This document shows positions 56,778 through 64,000 of a DNA stretch of 64,000 bases, in pieces. Within the stretch, counting starts at the first letter, position 1. Every line of letters starts with the position of its first letter. The position numbers were made by a program, and so were the translations under genes. The notes beneath the pieces were generated by a model, which saw only the letters and a list, made by a program, of their open reading frames with translations, did no database searches and was not told the origin of the DNA. The DNA is from Octopus sinensis. Its lineage: Eukaryota. The DNA lies in assembly GCF_006345805.1 (NCBI RefSeq), contig NC_042999.1, forward strand, positions 83,948,001-84,012,000, given 5' to 3'.

Positions 56778-57469
56778 GCATAAGCATTTGAAAATATGCA
56801 CGCATTCATAATGATAAAACTGATTTTTTAATATGTTAGATTTATAAATATTTATATATTGGGTAGGAAGCATGTCTAACACAAATTTCTCTGGATTCGA
56901 AAATGTGAAATACACGCATTTTCATCGATGATATTCAAAATTCTGCATACGTATGCAAATGTATTCATAAGTTCCACAAGTGGAATGTACGCACACACAT
57001 ATTTATGTATGCATAAATATATATATATATATATATTCTCAGGCACACCTATATGTACACGCACATATACATATGCAAGCACACACACACACATATATAT
57101 ATATATACATACATACATATTTGTGTGTGTGTGTGTATGTATATATATATATATATATATATCTGCCTATTTTTCTATGTAACTGTATCTTTCTCTCTTC
57201 GCTATACACATACACACGTACACGCACAGACCGGCAGCTCTTTGAGGCCAAACATTTAAGGTGAATAAATGGTTGAACATTGAAACATTTTCTTCTTCGA
57301 AACCCAGCATAGAAGTTTCGGAACTAAAGCGGATGCTGAAAAGACACGCTCTTTTTATAAGCTGATCCGCCAACGACAGTGATTCTGAGTTTGTAACCTT
57401 CATAAAAATCGTCATACCTTCATATTAAGATCAGAAAAGAGCTCTTGTCCTTTGGCGAGAATTTGTAGT

Positions 57470-57660
57470 TCGTCACTGTCATAGTGTCTAGCCACGAGCA
57501 CATCGAGCTGGTCGGCGAGACATTGAAAGACTACGAAGCGGTAACAGGAGCGAAAATCAACCGGGTAAAGTCAGTGGGCTTGCTGATTGGCACATGGGAA
57601 GCAAGCCCATGCCGCCCACCAGCGCCTTCGTCGTTGAACGCTGGACAGACGGTCCGGTCG
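57470..57660 (+). mobile_element. L1/Tx1-like RT fragment
   Basis: VGETLKDYEAVTGAKINRVKSVGLLIGTW, the typical segment after YADD in Tx1-like RTs. Confidence 0.6.
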
Positions 57661-57844
57661 TGTTTTCCTTTTACATTGACATGTCTGTGGTACACGATCC
57701 CTATTGATCGGCTTTTTTTTCCACGATGCCTGTTAATCGGAATTCAACCCACTTTTTTTCTTCTTTTTCTTCTCTTCTTCCCGAAAAAGAAAGCTCAACT
57801 TTGTATTTAGTCCCCTCTGTGTTCAGCTGTATTGCCAATAAAGA

Positions 57845-57888
<44 letters not shown>

Positions 57889-58299
57889 AAGATAGATATA
57901 TATATATATGTATGTATATGTATATATATATATACATATATATGTACATATATATATGTTCTCTCCCCTCCCCCTCATCTCTCTTCCCTCCTCCACTCCT
58001 CCCTCTCTCTTCTCTCCCCCTTTCGCTCTCCCTACAACCCCACTCTCCTCCAACTCCCAGCCGAACCCACACCCCACATGGGATTTCCCCACCTCCCACC
58101 ACACTACACTACACCATACAACATTACACATCACATCATACATACATACACACGTCCAGACCTTTCATACGCACATACATACTCTCTCATACACACACGC
58201 ACCCTTATGTTGGGGCGAGGTCATTTGACCTTGTTATCTCCCCTACTATCCCACTTGCGTCTGACGTCTGATCTCTGACTTCTGGCCGAAATCAGACCG

Positions 58300-58505
58300 C
58301 CATGTTAAACCGTTAGCTCCTGCACGAATTTTTTTCTTTCCTTGTTCCTCTCCGTGTTTATTTTCTGTGTATCTTTCTGTTGAAGAGCGTAGGCTCGAAA
58401 CGTAAAAGACTTGTTTTATTTCTATTTCCGAGCGCCATACTAATACAATTGTTTGTTTGTACTCCACCTTGCCTTCGTCTTTTGTTTATTTCGTAAGCTT
58501 CCCGT
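58300..58505 (+). mobile_element. Penelope-like pLTR fragment with minimal hammerhead-like motif (58372-58409)
   Basis: TCTTT-CTGTTGA-A-GAGC-GTAG-GCTC-GAAACGTA-AAAGA; ends in (AT)n. Confidence 0.6.
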
Positions 58506-58607
58506 TATATATATAATAATATTATATATCATATATATATATATATATATATAATATATATATATATTATATATATATATATATATATTACATATAATAT
58601 ATACATA

Positions 58608-58685
<78 letters not shown>

Positions 58686-58687
<2 letters not shown>

Positions 58688-59888
58688 CGACATGAGTTAA
58701 TAGACACTCTTATTAATCATTTTAAAATTGATTTAACTCTGAAATTATGCATTCAAATTATTTATTGTTATAATATGAATATTTAATATTTAGTAGGCAT
58801 GCCCCTTGCATTTTTCAATGCAAGGACCCTATCAGGCATGTTATTTATCGGATGGCGAATACTCATTTGCAGAATTTCTTGTCAAGTTTCATGCAGCAAT
58901 CTCAAAAGATCTGACTTTGAAGGTGCTTTCTTGTTCTTTTCATGCAGTACCCAGTCCATTATGTCCCAGATGTGTTCAATAAGGTCCATATATGGTGACT
59001 GGTTTGACTATGGAAGCTTTTTAATGCCATTCCCATCCAACAAATTTTGGGTCATTTTAGCCGTGTGACAAGAAGCCCCATCTTCCATAAATAGTCTTTT
59101 TTAATCATTTCGCCACTGGAGAAGATTGGACGGAGTCCTTCTGCAATATGAACACATTTTTACCTGAGTTTATGTTTCCCCACACTCCACCAGCTCTAAT
59201 CACATTGCGCACCAGATAACCACAGAATAGCAGCCGTGTTTCATTGTAGGCTGCAATCTTTTTATATCAAATTCTTGACCACAAATCCACAATCGGAAAA
59301 CAGCAAATCTGGACTCATCAGAGAATATGATGGTGTCCCAAAATGCTAGTTGCCTCTCTACCATCTCAATGGCCCAATTTTTCTCTGCTTGATGTTGGCT
59401 GGTCAAAGACATGGCTTCATTCTTGCTGGTCTGCCATAGTAACCAAGTTTGTAAAGATAACTGACAGCTGTTCTGGGACAGGCATCAACTTGTTCTGCTA
59501 TGTCAGATGCCTTGCAACGAGAATTATCCTCCAAATTTCTCTCAACAAAGGAAAGAATCCTGTTAGAGGACCCTGGTTGATCTGGGTAAAGTGATGTGGA
59601 CTCCTTCCCCTCTCTAGTGAATTGCACAATCACTGTATTAACTGGAGAAAGCGGAGTTCCATGGTTTTCTGCGATTTGACGCTAAGTCTACATTCAGAAT
59701 GACTCACAATACAGCCACTTTGAAATTCAGACAGTTCCAAAGCTTCTTTTGTATATGGCATGATTAAAAAGTCACATATAGAACCTGAAACATAAAAACG
59801 TCAATTAATCAAATGATATAAACGTTCACAAGTTAGATAAACATAAAACGATGTCTTATGGAGTGCCTATTTACTTCTATCATGTCTG
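58686..59888 (-). mobile_element. Near full-length degraded Tc1 DNA transposon
   Basis: ELSEFQSGCIV N-terminus, WDTIIFSDESRF, FMEDGASCHTAK and SPYMDLIEHIW; imperfect TIRs (gacatga...aatag.cactc); TA at the right end. Confidence 0.8.
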
Positions 59889-59937
<49 letters not shown>

Positions 59938-59991
59938 GCTATATATATATTATATATATATATATATATAATTATATATATATATAATATA

Positions 59992-60026
<35 letters not shown>

Positions 60027-60030
60027 AATA

Positions 60031-60327
60031 CAGTGAAGTATATTTGCCATTTAATAGAGCTACCCCCTAAGGGTGGATGCTACTGTAGCTTGTAGCCTCA
60101 GGAGAGAACCTCTTCCAGCTGGCTATTGACACACTTTCTGTGCCCTATCAGTATTTGCAAAGGCAAGCCATCCTTCTCGTCTTCAACCTATATGATACAC
60201 ACGGACTCGAATTTCTGGGTATTGACCCGTCATCGGCGTGTGACAATCACGAGTTGTCGATGAAAAATATATATCCTTTTTCCAGTGACGAAAAGTCACT
60301 GATATCGAAAAAGTGTAAACAAGCAAT
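60031..60327 (+). repeat. Third copy of the ~356-bp unit, inserted in (AT)n
   Basis: Shares gggtggatgctactgtagcttg, ctattgacacactttctgtgccctatcagtatttgc and gaaaaagtgtaaacaagcaat. Confidence 0.75.
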
Positions 60328-60330
60328 ATA

Positions 60331-60363
<33 letters not shown>

Positions 60364-61267
60364 CTAGCTTAAGGTGACTCGCTCTACGCGTGGGTAAGAG
60401 TGTGGTTCTTACTTTCTGTTTTTTTATCACCACATTCTCCCGTTTCTCTCTCACTTTCCCACTCTCTTACTCTTTCTTTCTCTCGGACTCTCACTCGCTT
60501 TCTCTTACTCTCTATCTTTCTCTATCTATATCTCTTCCATTTATAAACAACAAAAGATCTTGAGTAAGTTGAGTAAGTTGAGTAAGTTGAGAAAGTAAAA
60601 TATTTTGAAAGATCAATCATAAATATCAGGCAGTAATAACGGAAAGGTCTGCTTCAAGGCAGACAGCAAAACACTAACATTTAAAAGGGACAGACGAACT
60701 TGCGAGCTGAATAGAAATATAAAAAAATTGGAAACCAAAGTTTGAAGGGATAGAATCTGAGGATAGTAGAGTCACCTTGGCTGGCATTTCATAATGACGG
60801 ACAGCAACGTAGTGGCAGTTTAACGGGTGGCGTAAAATTTAGAACTTGATGTAAAAGAAAATTCCTAAACACCAAGCTTTGAAGTGATTCTTTCTCACGA
60901 CAGTAGACTGACCATGGCAAGCATTCAAAACTTCATCATGGACGGCAACACATTGACGATTTAAAGGCTGGCGCAAATTTTTTAGCTTCATGTAACAGAG
61001 AATTCCTAAACACCCGCTCCTGTAAATTTTAATCCCCTTCATGCCCCATTTAGACCTCTTTTCACATTTTGGTTAATATAATCCGATTTCATTCGGGTCT
61101 ACTCGGGCCACAATTTATAAGATGAGGAATTTTGTCCTAGAGGTCACGCCTTTCATTTGAGGAAAAAAATAGTTGCCATGCAAACTCACCAGCACTTTTC
61201 ACATAGGTGTGCATATTTTCAGCACAACCGACCACATAATGTACACATTATATATATATATACGGAT

Positions 61268-61302
<35 letters not shown>

Positions 61303-61335
61303 TTGTGTGTGTACGCATTATATATAGAAATGTAC

Positions 61336-61373
<38 letters not shown>

Positions 61374-62160
61374 TAAATTAGAGATAAAATCACTATTAGG
61401 CAAATTAAGCAGTGAAAAACCTAACCCAAAACATAAAAATAAAAATATAATGTACAAAATATATCAATATAAAATTTAAAAAATTTAAATTATCTAAATT
61501 TAAAATTAAAATTATTAATTTATATCTATAATGTTTTAAAATATATATAACTATCAAAAAGTATTAATAAGTTTAATATACATAAATACAGATATATACA
61601 CTTAGTATATATACATTATATATACATATTTATATATAGAACACACACACACACATATATAAATTAACCCAATAAATGTCTGATTCATAATATTTGTTCT
61701 CATGATTGTGTGTTGGTTGTGGTTGTTGTGGCGATGATAATTCTCTCTATGAATGCAGACAGACGTAGAGTCAGAGAGGGTGTGAAAGCGCAGTCGAAGG
61801 CGGGTAGGAGGGGGAGATATAGGACGCTGTGAAATGACGTCATAAAGAGAAAGTGAAGGTAAGGGAGATAGACGCTGTGAAATGACATTATATATAGAAC
61901 GTGATGGGAAGGGAGGGAAGAGAATGAGTGATGGAGGAAGACAGATACATAAAAGAATGTGAGTAGACTTGTCAAAGTGCGTTTTTGGCCCTTGCAACGA
62001 CACCTTTTAATATGGGGGTTTCTAACCTAGCCCACTCGCATCCTCACCTCATTTTACATGTTCCTGTAAATTTTGGAGTCAATCCGACGGTATCTAGTGG
62101 CCTTTAACCCGTTCTTAATGCCAAACCAGACAAACAAACTTTTCGTATTTCAGAAATATA
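60364..62160 (+). mobile_element. Possible non-autonomous Helitron/Helentron-like element(s)
   Basis: Start actagc...gactcgctctacgcgtgggt, internal CT/AG tracts, end cagacaaacaaacttttcgtatt...(AT)n; based on recalled architecture only. Confidence 0.35.
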
Positions 62161-62284
62161 ATATATATATATATGTATGTATATATATATATACATATAC
62201 ATACATACATATATACATATATAATATATATATATATATATATATAATATATATATAATATATACATACAGAGAGAGATGAAGG

Positions 62285-62570
62285 GGTAACCCTCCTCCCG
62301 GTCATGAATGACCATGGGATTGCACCTAGAAAGTTCCCTCCGAGGCACATGTCCGAGCAAAGCAGTTTATGGAAGACCAGCTGTTACCCTTGCACACCAG
62401 CTTTCTCTCTCCACGCCATCGATTTTATCCAAGGAAAAGGCAAATACCGATAGAGATTGGCACGGGTGACGTCACAACTCATTTCTACAGCTGAGTGAAC
62501 AGGAACAAAATAAAATAATGTGTCTTGTTCAAGAACACTCACACAGCCCGGTCCAGGAATCGAACTAACT
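62285..62570 (-). mobile_element. SINE family S4 (CORE-like), diverged
   Basis: The minus strand has agttcgattcctggaccgg and ttcttgaacaagacac..ttattttg..cctgttcactcagctg. Confidence 0.6.
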
Positions 62571-62639
62571 TCCTATAAACTATTTTGAGTGAGAAAGAGC
62601 GTGTATTTTTAATCAATTGGACTGAACTCTTCTTGATAT

Positions 62640-62873
62640 TTATTTCTTTGCTACCCACAAGAGTCTAAACACAGAGAGGACAAACAAGGACAGACAGACA
62701 AACGGATTAAGCCGATTATATCGACCTTAGTGCGTAACTGGAACTTAATTTATCGACCCCGAAATGATGAAAGGCAAAGTCGGCCTGGGCGGAAAATAAC
62801 TCAGAAAATAACGGCAGACGAAATACGGCTGCGCATTTCGCCCGGCGTGCTAACGTTTCTGCCAGCTCGCCGC
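62640..62873 (-). mobile_element. SINE family S2, full length
   Basis: Reverse complement of 25442-25672. Confidence 0.88.
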
Positions 62874-63398
62874 CTTAACTTTTCTTGATATTATGTCACA
62901 TCACTTGGGCCTTAAGTAGGGCTGAATAGTAGTAATGAAAAGTCAAGTTAGATACTGGCAAGCAAAGTTGCCACAATAAATGAAGAAACGCACTGATGAA
63001 TATAGTAGTTATTTAATTTCAAACGTATGACCTTCTATGTCTCACAAAAGAATATGATATACAAATATTTGTTTTCTGTTTCCTCTTGTATAACAACCAT
63101 TCACAATAATGAAAATGAAAATAGAACTTATCACTATTATTATCATATGATACTTCATATCCGATGAATGCTCTGATGCTTTAAAATCAAAATAGTTTGA
63201 CATTATTTCGTCGTCGTTGTTGCTGTTCATCTACTTGCTGTTCCTTTGACTAAATTTCGATCCAACACGATATAACTGACTTTAACATTTAAATGTCACT
63301 ATAACACATCCTGTAAGCAGATAATGTTGGATGTGAGCGCAAACATAGACATACACATGCACAATTTCGATAATACACACATACACACACACACACTT

Positions 63399-63452
<54 letters not shown>

Positions 63453-63627
63453 TTTATATATATACGCATATATATCTATATGTGTACATTTATAATTTGG
63501 TTTTATATTGTATACGTTTAATATGAACGCATACTTCCACTCTGAACCTCTCATCGGTCTTTTTCTTTCTGTCTCTCTCACTCTCTCTCTTCTCTCTCTC
63601 TCTCTCCATCTCTCTTATATATATATA

Positions 63628-63683
<56 letters not shown>

Positions 63684-63963
63684 CAGCACATATATATTTA
63701 TAATCTATATATATATATATATTTATATATAAGTGTGTGCATAGATGTGTATATAAATATATATGTGTATATGTGTAAATGTATATATATATATATTGTG
63801 TAGGTGGGGGTGTGGTAGAGTGTAGGACGTGTGTATGTGTGAACATATAATATGAAAACCACAAAAACAATGAGTTGTGAAAACCAAGAAATGGGTTAAG
63901 ACACATTAAATACGCTGTGAGTTTTCTCTTTCCTTCCAAAGCGAAATCTATTTCTTCACTTAC

Positions 63964-64000
63964 CTCGTTAATGTCATTCATAAACACACTGAAGTCTCTA
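63964..64000 (-). CDS. Candidate 3' end of a minus-strand coding exon running off the window
   Basis: Only one frame is open ([12 protein letters not shown]), followed by a consensus donor GAG/GTAAGT. Confidence 0.35.

Overview
AT-rich, microsatellite-dense eukaryotic DNA with one 100-N gap (55897-55996). The SINE families and LINE spectrum look cephalopod, probably octopus; this is inferred from recalled sequence, not from a database search. I found no intact host gene, only one candidate exon end at the right edge. Most of the window is transposon debris: R4/Dong-type restriction-endonuclease LINEs stacked in (TAA)n tracts, CR1, RTE and Tx1-like fragments, Tc1/mariner remnants and MITEs, a Penelope-like (GIY-YIG) 3' fragment, and at least four tRNA-derived SINE families. 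The standout is 46124-48225: a non-coding 535-nt unit in about 3.9 near-identical copies (about 1.9 reverse, then about 2.1 forward), flanked by a 15-bp direct repeat. Each of the four complete motifs is a type I hammerhead ribozyme (CUGACGA...GAAAC-AAUU-GUC) with a palindromic stem III and a 43-nt stem II insert. This looks like a recent retrozyme-like or Penelope pseudo-LTR multimer insertion that could release about 535-nt, possibly circular, RNAs. Further minimal or degenerate hammerhead motifs sit at 49421, 55746, 58372 and possibly 17981.
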